A stretch of DNA of 64,000 nucleotides, taken from the NCBI GenBank assembly GCA_002333425.1, contig DDBL01000133.1, forward strand, positions 5,740-69,739, read 5' to 3'. Positions 37,493-46,581 of the stretch are shown in pieces. Source of the DNA: Leptospiraceae bacterium UBA2033 (lineage in GTDB: Bacteria; Spirochaetota; Leptospiria; Leptospirales; Leptospiraceae). The notes under the pieces were generated by a model. It was not told the DNA's origin and searched no databases. It saw nothing but the letters and a program-made list of their open reading frames with translations. The position numbers and the translations under genes are program-made. Every line of letters starts with the position of its first letter. The stretch's first letter is position 1.

Positions 37493-37537
37493 TAGAGACA
37501 CGCTAACGCTGTTTGAAACAGCGCCAGCGTGTCTCTA
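37493..37537. terminator. 45-nt near-perfect hairpin (core of the GC-clamped hairpin family)
   Basis: TAGAGACACGCTaaCGCTGTTTgAAACAGCGccAGCGTGTCTCTA, 7 nt after the antitoxin stop. It shares the TAGAGACA...GTTTGAAAC...TGTCTCTA core with copy 2. Confidence 0.6.
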
Positions 37538-37673
37538 TAATGAGAAAAAATATTCCGCAATCTTCATCCCGTTATACTTAGTTACAACAGAGGAGTATTT
37601 TAAAAATTTGCGTTAGTATGTAAATATTCTAAAAAAAACCGCACTTGGAGAAAATTTTTGAACTAGTATAAGT

Positions 37674-38630
37674 ATGAGAATTCAATTCTTATGCATATAC
37701 TTATTATGTAATACTACATCCATTGCCGAAGAAATTTCTAAGAATTATTTACTCGATCATTATCGTTTTCGAGAGTATTCTTATGGAGTAGGGCTGTCCA
37801 AAGAAACTCAGTATCACCGCGCAATATTTGGATGGATAAATTTTGGAAAAGAGTTTTTTCCAAATTTAGATTTTAGTTTTAATTTATACGGAGCTAATTC
37901 ACAAAAAAAAGTCAAGGAAGTCGCACCACTTGTTGATGGATTTTATTTTTCTAAACAAGAACTGCAAAATCAGAATATACTTACATTTTCTCCTGGTATC
38001 CGATACAAATATTTATCTTTTTATTCAAATCTAGAATCAATTTACTCGACCAATAAAACTCTATCGTTCGGGATAAATATTTATTCTGAGAAAAGCCTAT
38101 TTTTATTTTATAAAGAAAATTCTAAAGAGAATATTCGTTCTTATACTCTCTCTATTTTAAGTGGTCGATCTCCCGCGATTGGTCTTGCGGTAACTAAGGA
38201 GTATTCACCAGAAAAAGTAGAATGGATTGGAAGTATTAGTTTTAGTTTTCAGTTAGAATTATTCCAAGCGGGTATTTCTCATTTTGCGCAAAATACAAAA
38301 GAGGAAAACTCATTTTTCGTATCTAAGATTCTTCGAGAAAATTCTAATTCCTTATTTGAAAAAGAAATCAATCCTTATGAAGAAATTTTAGATAAAGAAT
38401 CAAAAACGAATCCACAAGAAACGAAACAACTTGTAAAAAAAGAAAGAATCATTTATCCAATTTCAATTGAAGAACTACTAAAATTTAGAATTCCACTTGT
38501 AGTCGCCATTCGAATCGCAAGAGCAAGTAAATCTAAAGAAGAGTATTTAGAACTGCTATCGAAACTGTCTCCAGACATTGTAAAAAAGTGTAACAAAATC
38601 CAATTTGATAAATCTAGGGCTAAACGATGA
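37674..38630 (+). CDS. Hypothetical exported protein (318 aa)
   Basis: Has a signal-like N-terminus and a beta-rich body. The C-terminal ~70 aa are helical and basic. It overlaps the next gene (ATGA). Confidence 0.5.
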   Translation: MRIQFLCIYLLCNTTSIAEEISKNYLLDHYRFREYSYGVGLSKETQYHRAIFGWINFGKEFFPNLDFSFNLYGANSQKKVKEVAPLVDGFYFSKQELQNQNILTFSPGIRYKYLSFYSNLESIYSTNKTLSFGINIYSEKSLFLFYKENSKENIRSYTLSILSGRSPAIGLAVTKEYSPEKVEWIGSISFSFQLELFQAGISHFAQNTKEENSFFVSKILRENSNSLFEKEINPYEEILDKESKTNPQETKQLVKKERIIYPISIEELLKFRIPLVVAIRIARASKSKEEYLELLSKLSPDIVKKCNKIQFDKSRAKR

Positions 38631-39919
38631 TAGCCGTTCACTGGATAATCTTCCTTTTACTTTTATTTTGGACTGGATTTAGTGAAGCCAAAGAGGTTAC
38701 TCCTAAGTTTGCGCTTTATGGAACTGCTGAGTATTTTGAAAGTAGGTTTGTCAGAGAAAATCAAAAATCCAAGACAAATGCTCTCTTAAATACAGAATAC
38801 AAAAATTTCCAAATTGGAATTGAAAGACGTGGAGAAAAAGAATTAGGATCTCTCGAATTCAAAAATGATTTATTTTATATTTCTCTAGGGCATAGATACA
38901 AACCAATTCCAGGCTTTTATATTTTACGCGATGAAAAATACTATTCGGCATTTCAAAATCCTAAACTTGGAGTAATTCCGCAACCTCTAAAAAAATCTAT
39001 TTGGTTAGGAATATTTCCAACTAAATGGTCTGGTGGAATTTTTATGGGAGAGAATCTTTCTGAAAATAAACCTTCCCTTTACATAAAATCACCCTCGGAT
39101 GTTTTCGCCTATACCTATAGTCCAGAAACTAAAATTCATTTTTTTGCAATGAACTTGAGAGGTTTCAAACCTAATTCAAAATCGGAAGCGGAGTATACTG
39201 CTAATTCGCAAATGATGGGCACAAGGGAAAACTATTTTGGCTACTTAAATCTAAGGGCTTTATTTCCAAAGAGAGGTATTGAAGCAGAGTTTTCGACATA
39301 TAGAGAGAACAATGGAATGTTATTTGCGACTAACCAAGATAATCTTAGAGGAACCGATAATGAAAAATCTTTTTCATTTAAAATATCACGTTATCATTAC
39401 GATAGACTAGAAGCATTTCAAAATATTACCGAGGAGAAGAATGAACGGATAATTGGCGTTAACTCTTCCATCTTTACAGGAATCAAAGGCGCGATTTGTA
39501 TTTCAGGAAGAAGTTATCAAAATCAGATATTAGATTCAGAGAAAGATATATCCTTGTTAGCCACTCAAGCAGTTGGTGTTTCTTATGAATACCGTCTGAA
39601 AGATACTGAATTTATGCTAAGACTTGAAAAAAGGAAAAACCAAGATCAAGTGGGAGAATTAAAATTTACCATTCGCCCAATTCCTGAGTGGAAGTTTGAA
39701 ATTTCCTCGATTCTCCAAAAAGACTCCAATCAATTTCGTTCTCTCTACGAACAATGGAGTGACGGTGAGAATATCAATACTATTCTTACTGACAGAGCTG
39801 CTGTTTTTAAACTAAAAGTTATTGGTAGTTTTTTAGTATTTAACGTGAGTGGTTCTCGTAGAATCAATGGTGCCGGTGAAATCTATTTTGCTAATATTCA
39901 ATTCAAACAGGAGTTTTAA
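38627..39919 (+). CDS. Hypothetical outer-membrane beta-barrel-like protein (430 aa)
   Basis: Signal peptide ...GFSEA, an alternating aromatic pattern, and C-terminal ...IQFKQEF. Confidence 0.5.
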   Translation: MIAVHWIIFLLLLFWTGFSEAKEVTPKFALYGTAEYFESRFVRENQKSKTNALLNTEYKNFQIGIERRGEKELGSLEFKNDLFYISLGHRYKPIPGFYILRDEKYYSAFQNPKLGVIPQPLKKSIWLGIFPTKWSGGIFMGENLSENKPSLYIKSPSDVFAYTYSPETKIHFFAMNLRGFKPNSKSEAEYTANSQMMGTRENYFGYLNLRALFPKRGIEAEFSTYRENNGMLFATNQDNLRGTDNEKSFSFKISRYHYDRLEAFQNITEEKNERIIGVNSSIFTGIKGAICISGRSYQNQILDSEKDISLLATQAVGVSYEYRLKDTEFMLRLEKRKNQDQVGELKFTIRPIPEWKFEISSILQKDSNQFRSLYEQWSDGENINTILTDRAAVFKLKVIGSFLVFNVSGSRRINGAGEIYFANIQFKQEF

Positions 39920-39921
39920 AA

Positions 39922-40422
39922 ATGATAACTTTTCAAAATTCTAAATCTTTTACAATTGATAATCTCAGAGATAAAGATAAATCTGTTTCAACCTTACTCG
40001 TTCCCGCTCACCTAATCGAATCTCTAAAACAAAAACAAAAAGATCTCGGGAAAAATATGACTGGCTATCTCAGATTTCTCCTTAAATCATACAAAACTTT
40101 TACTCACTCCGGTATGCTACCTGCTCCTCGAAAAATTAAGACCGAATTCCAAGAAGAAGGTCTTGATTTGAAAAGGGTTTCCTTTCGTCCTCATAATGTG
40201 GACTGGATTGAACTAGGAGAACTGGCTCTTGCATTTGGCAAATCTCGCTGTTGGGTATTTACTTTTTTGTTCGAGCTTGATCTTACTGGATTTTGGGAAA
40301 TTCTCTATTATACAGGATTGATTAATGCAGTTCCTACAAAAAATAATTTACTTCTAAAAGTTTCACTATCCATACGGCAAGTTTCACAGGACTTTGCACG
40401 CGGGTATCACGTTAGAGTTTAG
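39922..40422 (+). CDS. DUF1564-like Leptospira-specific protein (possible RHH-type DNA binder)
   Basis: TLLVPAHLIESLKQKQKDLGKNMTGYLRFLLKSY resembles the DUF1564 N-terminus. This call is from memory only. Confidence 0.4.
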   Translation: MITFQNSKSFTIDNLRDKDKSVSTLLVPAHLIESLKQKQKDLGKNMTGYLRFLLKSYKTFTHSGMLPAPRKIKTEFQEEGLDLKRVSFRPHNVDWIELGELALAFGKSRCWVFTFLFELDLTGFWEILYYTGLINAVPTKNNLLLKVSLSIRQVSQDFARGYHVRV

Positions 40423-40516
40423 CAAAAAACGAAACAAGTCAGAATTAGGTCAAAGTGAAACAACAAAAATAAAAAGGTTTGGGAAAAATATGCCAATCGG
40501 TTAATCAAAATTAGTC

Positions 40517-41122
40517 TCAAATCGTGAGTCTAGACTTAATAGCCTTGCCCAGAGTATATTGGTCAGCATACTCAAGAGTGCTACCCACAGTAACACCATG
40601 AGCAATACGAGTGAGTTTAATGCCTGTTGATCTCAGGAGATTGAATAAATAAGAAGCAGTTGCATCTCCCTCGAGAGTGGGATTCGTCGCAAGTAAAACT
40701 TCTTCGACAGGTTCGTCTTTTAATCTCTCTAATAATTCTTTGATACGAAGATTTTCAGGACCTATTCCGTCTAACGGTGAGATGACTCCATTTAGAACAT
40801 GGTATTTGCCTTTAAACTCTCCTGTATTTTCAATGAAGAAAATATCTTCGGGAAGTTCGACTACGCAGAGAATGTTTTTTAGGCGATTATCATCGGAGCA
40901 GATTTCACAGATTTCGAATTCAGTGATTCCGGCACATTTTTTACAAAATTTTAAATTGGATTTTACGGACTCAATGCTTTCAATGAAATTCGAAAAGGTT
41001 GTAGCATCCATCCGTAAAATATGAAAACCGAGACGATAGGCGCTCTTCTTCCCAATGCCGGGAAGAGAGCTAAGTGTAGAAACTAACTTTTTGAAAAGAA
41101 GATCAGTCACCCGATCCACCAA
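40517..41122 (-). CDS. recR: Recombination protein RecR
   Basis: Hh[13 protein letters not shown], zinc finger [16 protein letters not shown] and a Toprim domain. Confidence 0.95.
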   Translation of the reverse strand: MVDRVTDLLFKKLVSTLSSLPGIGKKSAYRLGFHILRMDATTFSNFIESIESVKSNLKFCKKCAGITEFEICEICSDDNRLKNILCVVELPEDIFFIENTGEFKGKYHVLNGVISPLDGIGPENLRIKELLERLKDEPVEEVLLATNPTLEGDATASYLFNLLRSTGIKLTRIAHGVTVGSTLEYADQYTLGKAIKSRLTI

Positions 41123-41453
41123 AAAGTTTGCTTAGTTCGTTTGGATCAAATCCACCGGTTACATTTTTCATTTCATGAGTCATTGCGTCTTTTGATTTTT
41201 TGAGAGCTTCGTTGGTTGCTGATATTACTAAGTCTTCTAACATTTTCATATCATCGCCTTCAAATAGATTCTTATTAATCTTGATATTCGTAATTACACC
41301 ATCACCACTAGCAGTAACGTCGACCATTCCTGCTCCTGCTGATGCGGTTACGCGGATAACAGAAATTCTTTTTTGAATTGCTGCCATCTGATTTTTCATA
41401 TCTTTCATTTTGCCGAGAGTTTCGGCCATTTTATCTAGCTTTTTACCAAACAT
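41103..41453 (-). CDS. ybaB: Nucleoid-associated protein YbaB/EbfC
   Basis: 116 aa with [14 protein letters not shown]...[13 protein letters not shown]...I. It sits in the conserved dnaX-ybaB-recR order. Confidence 0.9.
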   Translation of the reverse strand: MFGKKLDKMAETLGKMKDMKNQMAAIQKRISVIRVTASAGAGMVDVTASGDGVITNIKINKNLFEGDDMKMLEDLVISATNEALKKSKDAMTHEMKNVTGGFDPNELSKLFGGSGD

Positions 41454-41474
41454 AAGTTTTCTCCTATTTAGTTT

Positions 41475-42842
41475 TTAAATTTCTGGTAACTTAGAAGAAT
41501 CTACTTCCGTTCCCAAAAATTTATCTTTTAGTATGGATTCCATATCAATATCTTCTGGTTCTTCTTCTATTTCCGGTTTATCGGAAGTAACCGCGTGTAA
41601 TGGTTTTGTTACAACAGTTTGTTCTGCTTGTCGTGTTGCTGCAGATGCGATAAATTTTTCTCCTTCTTTTTGTAGGAGTTGTTGTAAATCGTGAATTTTT
41701 TCTAAGACACCTGCAACGGACGGTCTGTTTAAATCAAATATTAATTTTCTAATAGAAATTTCTATAAATATTTTCATTTCAAATGAGTTTCTAAGTTTTA
41801 GATACATCAATTTTTCATAGATGGTATATATTTTTTCAGAGAGTAAGGTTAATATTTCTGAGTTGTATGGTTCGAGTTCTTTTGTGATTTTTTGAATATC
41901 TTCTATTGGATAATTTAGAGAATCCCGGTCAGCTAAATTTTCTTTGATGAGAATTAGAGCATGAGTAAATTCCACAAAGTCCCAAGCAAATTTATGAAGG
42001 TCAGCTCCTTCATTGTAAACTTTTTCGATTGTCTGAAAAGATTTGTGAAATGTCTTCTCGCCTAGAATACTTTTGAATAATTCAATTTGAACGTCTACAC
42101 CTTGGTAGCCGATCATTTTGCCTATGAGTTTACCAGTGATATGCCCGTCAGTGAATGTAACTGCTTGTTCTAAAAAGGAAAGTGTATCTCTTACAGAACC
42201 ATCACCTTTTTTTGCGACCCAAAAAATTCCATCTGAGTCATAATCAATATTTTCGATTTTGCAAAGATGTTCTACATAAGATTGTAAATTAGGAAGAGGA
42301 ACTTTTTTAAATACAAAGTCCTGGCATCTAGAAAGAATCGTTTCTGGAATTTTGTGGTATTCGGTTGTGGCTAATATGAATACTACGTGATGGGGTGGTT
42401 CTTCTAAAGTTTTTAATAATGCGTTAAACGACTGATCGGTGAGCATATGAACCTCATCGATGATGTAAATTTTGTAACGCCCACCCATCGGAGAAAATTT
42501 TACATTTTCCCTAAGGTCACGAATATTATCGATCCCGCGATTACTTGCCGCGTCAATTTCCAATACATCATTGGAGTTGCCTTTCATAATTTCAGTGCAG
42601 GATTTGCATTTATTACAAGGCTCGTTGTCTTCGGGAGATTCACAATTTAACCGTTTGGCGAGAAGCCTTGCGATGGTAGTTTTTCCAACACCTCTTGGAC
42701 CGAAGAAAATATAGGCATGACCGACTCGGTTGTTCTTGAGAGCATTCATGAGTGCACCGATAGCAAGTTTTTGCTCAACTACTTCTTTAAATAGCTGAGG
42801 TCGGTATTTTCGGGCGAATACTAGGTGGCTTTCTTCTGACAT
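41475..42842 (-). CDS. dnaX: DNA polymerase III subunit gamma/tau
   Basis: Start MSEESHLVFARKYRP at 42842. Has Walker A GPRGVGKTT, a Zn module CNKCKSC, and the DEVH and SRC motifs. The ORF-track N-terminus overlaps a tRNA and is rejected. Confidence 0.92.
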   Translation of the reverse strand: MSEESHLVFARKYRPQLFKEVVEQKLAIGALMNALKNNRVGHAYIFFGPRGVGKTTIARLLAKRLNCESPEDNEPCNKCKSCTEIMKGNSNDVLEIDAASNRGIDNIRDLRENVKFSPMGGRYKIYIIDEVHMLTDQSFNALLKTLEEPPHHVVFILATTEYHKIPETILSRCQDFVFKKVPLPNLQSYVEHLCKIENIDYDSDGIFWVAKKGDGSVRDTLSFLEQAVTFTDGHITGKLIGKMIGYQGVDVQIELFKSILGEKTFHKSFQTIEKVYNEGADLHKFAWDFVEFTHALILIKENLADRDSLNYPIEDIQKITKELEPYNSEILTLLSEKIYTIYEKLMYLKLRNSFEMKIFIEISIRKLIFDLNRPSVAGVLEKIHDLQQLLQKEGEKFIASAATRQAEQTVVTKPLHAVTSDKPEIEEEPEDIDMESILKDKFLGTEVDSSKLPEI

Positions 42843-42854
42843 GGCAGTAAAAAA

Positions 42855-42939
<85 letters not shown>

Positions 42940-43013
42940 TTAGTTGGAAATTCCAATAAATTAGATTAGCCTAATAAATCGAGCGAAAAAAGTTTTAAAT
43001 TCTAATTGACTTA

Positions 43014-43042
43014 ATACGTATTATATTTATTATCATACGTAT
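43014..43042 (+). promoter_or_regulatory. Putative operator: two ATACGTAT palindromes 21 bp apart
   Basis: ATACGTAT occurs at 43014-43021 and 43035-43042. The second copy overlaps the antitoxin start codon. A -35-like TTGACT lies at 43006-43011. Confidence 0.45.
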
Positions 43043-43292
43043 GATAGATACAAAATTAACTTTAAAATTAGATAAAGGCATTATAAATCGAGCGAAGGAA
43101 TATGCTTCGGAAACAAACCAGAGTTTATCTCGCTTGGTTGAGGAATATTTTCTAGAGCTTACATCTTCCAAGAAGTTTAAGCAGAATTTATCCCCTCGTG
43201 TTCGAAAGGTAAGCGGAGTTTTAAAAGGAAAGTCTATTGACTATAAAGATTCCGTAAGTAACTACTTGATCGAAAAACATTTAGATAAATGA
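43041..43292 (+). CDS. Antitoxin (RHH-like/DUF6364-like) of PIN toxin
   Basis: 83 aa with KLTLKLDKGIINRAKEYASETNQSLSRLVEEYF. There is an ATGA overlap with the PIN gene. Confidence 0.6.
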   Translation: MIDTKLTLKLDKGIINRAKEYASETNQSLSRLVEEYFLELTSSKKFKQNLSPRVRKVSGVLKGKSIDYKDSVSNYLIEKHLDK

Positions 43293-43714
43293 GTAAACCA
43301 AAACTATTTCTAGATTCCGATATTATTCTAGATGTGCTTTTAGAAAGAGAAGAATTTTATGAAGCCTCCGCAAGACTTTTGGACTTAGGTGATTCTAAAA
43401 AGATTCATCTGTATACTTCTTCCTTGGTAGCGGCAAATATCTATTATATTCTCAGAAAAGAATTGAAGAGCAATAAAAAAGCTTTGGAATGTCTAAAAGA
43501 CCTCATTGATATAATCAAGATATTACCCGTCGATGAAGAAACAATGAGAGCAGCCATGAAAACTGGTTTTTCTGATTTCGAAGATTCCATTCAATACATA
43601 GTCGCTAAAAATAATGCGTTAGATTATTTAGTAAGCAGAAACAAAAAAGACTTTAAGAAAGCAGATATGAAAGTTTTGAGTGCTGCAGAAATGTTAGAGA
43701 AGTTGGAATTTTAA
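43289..43714 (+). CDS. vapC: PIN-domain toxin (VapC-like)
   Basis: 141 aa. The N-terminus LFLDSDIILDVL carries the first acidic residue, and later EDSIQY and a further D follow. Confidence 0.75.
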   Translation: MSKPKLFLDSDIILDVLLEREEFYEASARLLDLGDSKKIHLYTSSLVAANIYYILRKELKSNKKALECLKDLIDIIKILPVDEETMRAAMKTGFSDFEDSIQYIVAKNNALDYLVSRNKKDFKKADMKVLSAAEMLEKLEF

Positions 43715-43928
43715 TTAACGTGAACTCGATGTAAGAAATTTCACGAATTACGGCAGTGGTTTATTGTGTCATTCCCATGCGAAGGCACTGTCGCGAATAC
43801 TTGGAGCGAAGGGTGGACTTTCAATCGGGAATCTGTAGTTCTAAGCAGGATTTTATAATACTTGAGATCCCCGATAAGGGATTTCGGGGATGACAATGAG
43901 TAATCTTCTTATATGGAGTTCACGTTAA
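43715..43928. mobile_element. 214-bp MITE-like element with perfect 13-bp terminal inverted repeats
   Basis: TTAACGTGAACTC (43715-43727) pairs with GAGTTCACGTTAA (43916-43928). Internal hairpins include ATCCCCGA-taagggatt-TCGGGGAT. No ORF is present. It exactly fills the gap between two convergent stop codons. Confidence 0.6.
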
Positions 43929-44363
43929 CTATCCCCTTCTTTCCTTAAAAAAATCTTTCACAATAGATTCAATTTCTTCTGAATGTAGTAGAGTCAATTT
44001 CGGAAAATGATTTTTTGAGTAAATGGATTCAAAACTAATCGATGTTATCCCCTCTGTTTTTGTTGCTTCTAAGAAATAAACTACTTCTGTAATTCTAGAT
44101 TGGATGATTGCACCCGCACACATTATACATGGCTCAATACTAGTTAGCAAAATACAGCCGTTTAAAAATTTTGAATTAATTTTTTTTTGCGCCGCCTCTA
44201 TACATAAAATTTCACTGTGAAGGTGAGTTATAGAATTTATTTCCACTTGGTTAAATTTCTCTTCGAGCAAAATTCCATCTTGGTATATTTGAGAAAAAGA
44301 TGGAATTTCATTTGGATATTGTTTTGCGAGAAATAGGAATTTCTCTAAAAAAAGTTCAATCAT
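43929..44363 (-). CDS. tadA: CMP/dCMP-type zinc deaminase (TadA-like tRNA adenosine deaminase)
   Basis: Contains HSE...EPCIMCAGAI (an H[AS]E / PCxxC signature). Length is 144 aa. Confidence 0.65.
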   Translation of the reverse strand: MIELFLEKFLFLAKQYPNEIPSFSQIYQDGILLEEKFNQVEINSITHLHSEILCIEAAQKKINSKFLNGCILLTSIEPCIMCAGAIIQSRITEVVYFLEATKTEGITSISFESIYSKNHFPKLTLLHSEEIESIVKDFFKERRG

Positions 44364-46492
44364 CTTTCTTCAAAGGATTCGACTCCTTCCCAGTCAAAAG
44401 GAACTCCATTTTTCTCGTAATATAAGGAACGTTTTAGATAGAGTTGTGCTGCCTTATCGTACGGATTTATCTCTGCGATTTCTTTAAAGCAGCTAACAGC
44501 CAAATGAAAATCTTGCGTTAAATAAAGACTAACCCCTGTTTCAAATTGAGTTTTCGTTGCTTTAAATAATTCCAAAGCAGTTTCTGATTGACCATCTAGA
44601 ATTTCGACAACGGTTAAGTTTTTTGTTTTTCCTTTTACTTTTACTCTATCTAAAATTCTATACATATATTTGTCAGCATCTTCCAATGAAAAAAGAGTTT
44701 CGATACTCATCAGGATGGAAGCTCCATAAATTTTAGTTAATCCTTCAATTCTTGATGCCAGGTTCACTGCATCAGAAATTACGGTTCCTTCCATTCTGTC
44801 TTCTGTTCCAATAGTTCCAAGCATCAACATCCCAGTATGAAGCCCGATTCCAATTTGAATAGGGATATAATTTTTCTCAATTCTCTTTTGGTTGTAAATT
44901 CTAATTTCTTTTTGCATTTCGATTGCAGATTCAATTGCATCGTCTGGACTTATGGGGAAAAGTGCCATTAGCCCATCTCCTATATATTTATCAATAAATC
45001 CGTTATGAGATTGAACGCATGGATTCATTCGTTTCAAATAAGCATTTAAAAAATTAAAGTTTTGCTCTGGACTCATTGTTTCTGATAATTCTGTAAATGC
45101 TCTTATATCAGAAAAAAGAATTGTCATTTCTCTTTGAATTTGGTTTCCGAGTTTAACATCAAGTATACTTTCTTTTTTGAGATATAAAATTAATTCATAA
45201 GGAACAAATCGCGCATAAGCAAAATTAGTTCGTTTTAAATCTCCTGATAATTGTTCGATTCTTTTAAATGCAGAGGAAAATTTTAACAGTAGCGCATAAG
45301 ATTGAGTAATTGCCATGATCGCAATTCCATAAGGGATAAGAAATACATTCGTGTGAATAATTTCATTAATCGCTAACAGATCATGAATGTTCGTGAGTAT
45401 AATCGCAACTGTGCTAACAAGAATAGACTTAGCGTAATCTCTTTTGTTTAAAACAGCTCTTAGAATATAGTAGGGTACAATTGCTAGGGCGATAATCAAA
45501 ACAGGTTGCAAAATTGGCACCGTATAGGTAAAATATTTAGGTTTTAATAAAAGACTAAAACTAGAAACAATCGCGATGACGTAATATATGGAGAAAACTT
45601 TTTTGTTAATTTCTTTGGGAAAGAGATAATTTAAAAACTGAATCCCTAATGCAGGAATCCAAAAGAATACAAAATATTCTAAACGAAGATAAATATCATA
45701 ATTATCAAAAATAGGGTAATTTGTTATTAGCTTCTCGCCGGTAGTTATAATTCTAAAAAAAAGAACTAGAAAAAACATAGAAAACAAAATAGAGGATTTG
45801 TCATTTCGACTGAGTTGATAAAATGCTAAGTGATAAACAAAAATAAAAAATAAAAGTCCAGCCAAAAAGGAATCCGTTTCTCTTGCCGACTTTTCTAGTT
45901 GACTAACTTGAGAATAAGTTCCCAAAAAAATACTATGCCATACTCCGCCTTTCCTATGATGGAAATTAGAAATTTGCATTACTATTTCCATATCTAACAT
46001 TTTTAGATCTGGTGTGTAACCAATTGCAGGTACAGTATGGGGAATCGATTTTTCCTCTGAAGTCCCTACTTCTCCTGAGCCAAGTGTTTCACTTCCATTT
46101 ACGAAAATTTTAAAAGCAGTAGCTTGTTGTTGGGATCTGATGGCTAAAGCAGGAGAATTTTCAGGAAGCAAAATTTTCAGCCGATAGGTTGCAAATCCAT
46201 TTCCAGATAGCGGCTTACCATCAATAACCGTATTATTCCACGTGTTAGGAAGTTGGAGGTAAGTTTTATTAAGGAAGATTGAATTAATTTCTTCTAGAGA
46301 GTATAATTTTTCCCAATAAAATTCCCATTCGCCATCTAGTTTTATTGGACCATTTTTGGCAAAGTCCCAATTTCTTAAATCTAGGATTCCTTTTTGTGCC
46401 TTAAAATTTCCTATCGACTTTTCAAAAATTATATAGTTACAAGAATCTAATAAGAAAAAAAGAGATATAATAAAAATTCTGTAACACATCAT
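44360..46492 (-). CDS. Class III adenylate/guanylate cyclase with 7TMR-DISM-type sensor
   Basis: Has an N-terminal exported domain, 7 TM segments and a cyclase core ILFSDIRAFTELSE...FIDKYIGDGLMALF...GTVISDAVNLASR. Confidence 0.85.
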   Translation of the reverse strand: MMCYRIFIISLFFLLDSCNYIIFEKSIGNFKAQKGILDLRNWDFAKNGPIKLDGEWEFYWEKLYSLEEINSIFLNKTYLQLPNTWNNTVIDGKPLSGNGFATYRLKILLPENSPALAIRSQQQATAFKIFVNGSETLGSGEVGTSEEKSIPHTVPAIGYTPDLKMLDMEIVMQISNFHHRKGGVWHSIFLGTYSQVSQLEKSARETDSFLAGLLFFIFVYHLAFYQLSRNDKSSILFSMFFLVLFFRIITTGEKLITNYPIFDNYDIYLRLEYFVFFWIPALGIQFLNYLFPKEINKKVFSIYYVIAIVSSFSLLLKPKYFTYTVPILQPVLIIALAIVPYYILRAVLNKRDYAKSILVSTVAIILTNIHDLLAINEIIHTNVFLIPYGIAIMAITQSYALLLKFSSAFKRIEQLSGDLKRTNFAYARFVPYELILYLKKESILDVKLGNQIQREMTILFSDIRAFTELSETMSPEQNFNFLNAYLKRMNPCVQSHNGFIDKYIGDGLMALFPISPDDAIESAIEMQKEIRIYNQKRIEKNYIPIQIGIGLHTGMLMLGTIGTEDRMEGTVISDAVNLASRIEGLTKIYGASILMSIETLFSLEDADKYMYRILDRVKVKGKTKNLTVVEILDGQSETALELFKATKTQFETGVSLYLTQDFHLAVSCFKEIAEINPYDKAAQLYLKRSLYYEKNGVPFDWEGVESFEER

Positions 46493-46581
46493 CGTAAGAG
46501 AGCATAAAAGAATTTTTTTTTCAATATATATTTATTTCTAACAAATCTATTTTGAAAAAAAAATAATTTCATGCAGTAGAC

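Noticed and set aside
42301-42317. An A-rich run (TTTAAAAAAG on the coding strand) in dnaX, considered as a programmed -1 frameshift site for a gamma subunit.
   Set aside because: The zero-frame codons are TTT AAA AAA GTT, so the A AAA AAG heptamer is not in the required phase. The site also lies around residue 175, inside the ATPase module, far from where tau/gamma frameshifting occurs.
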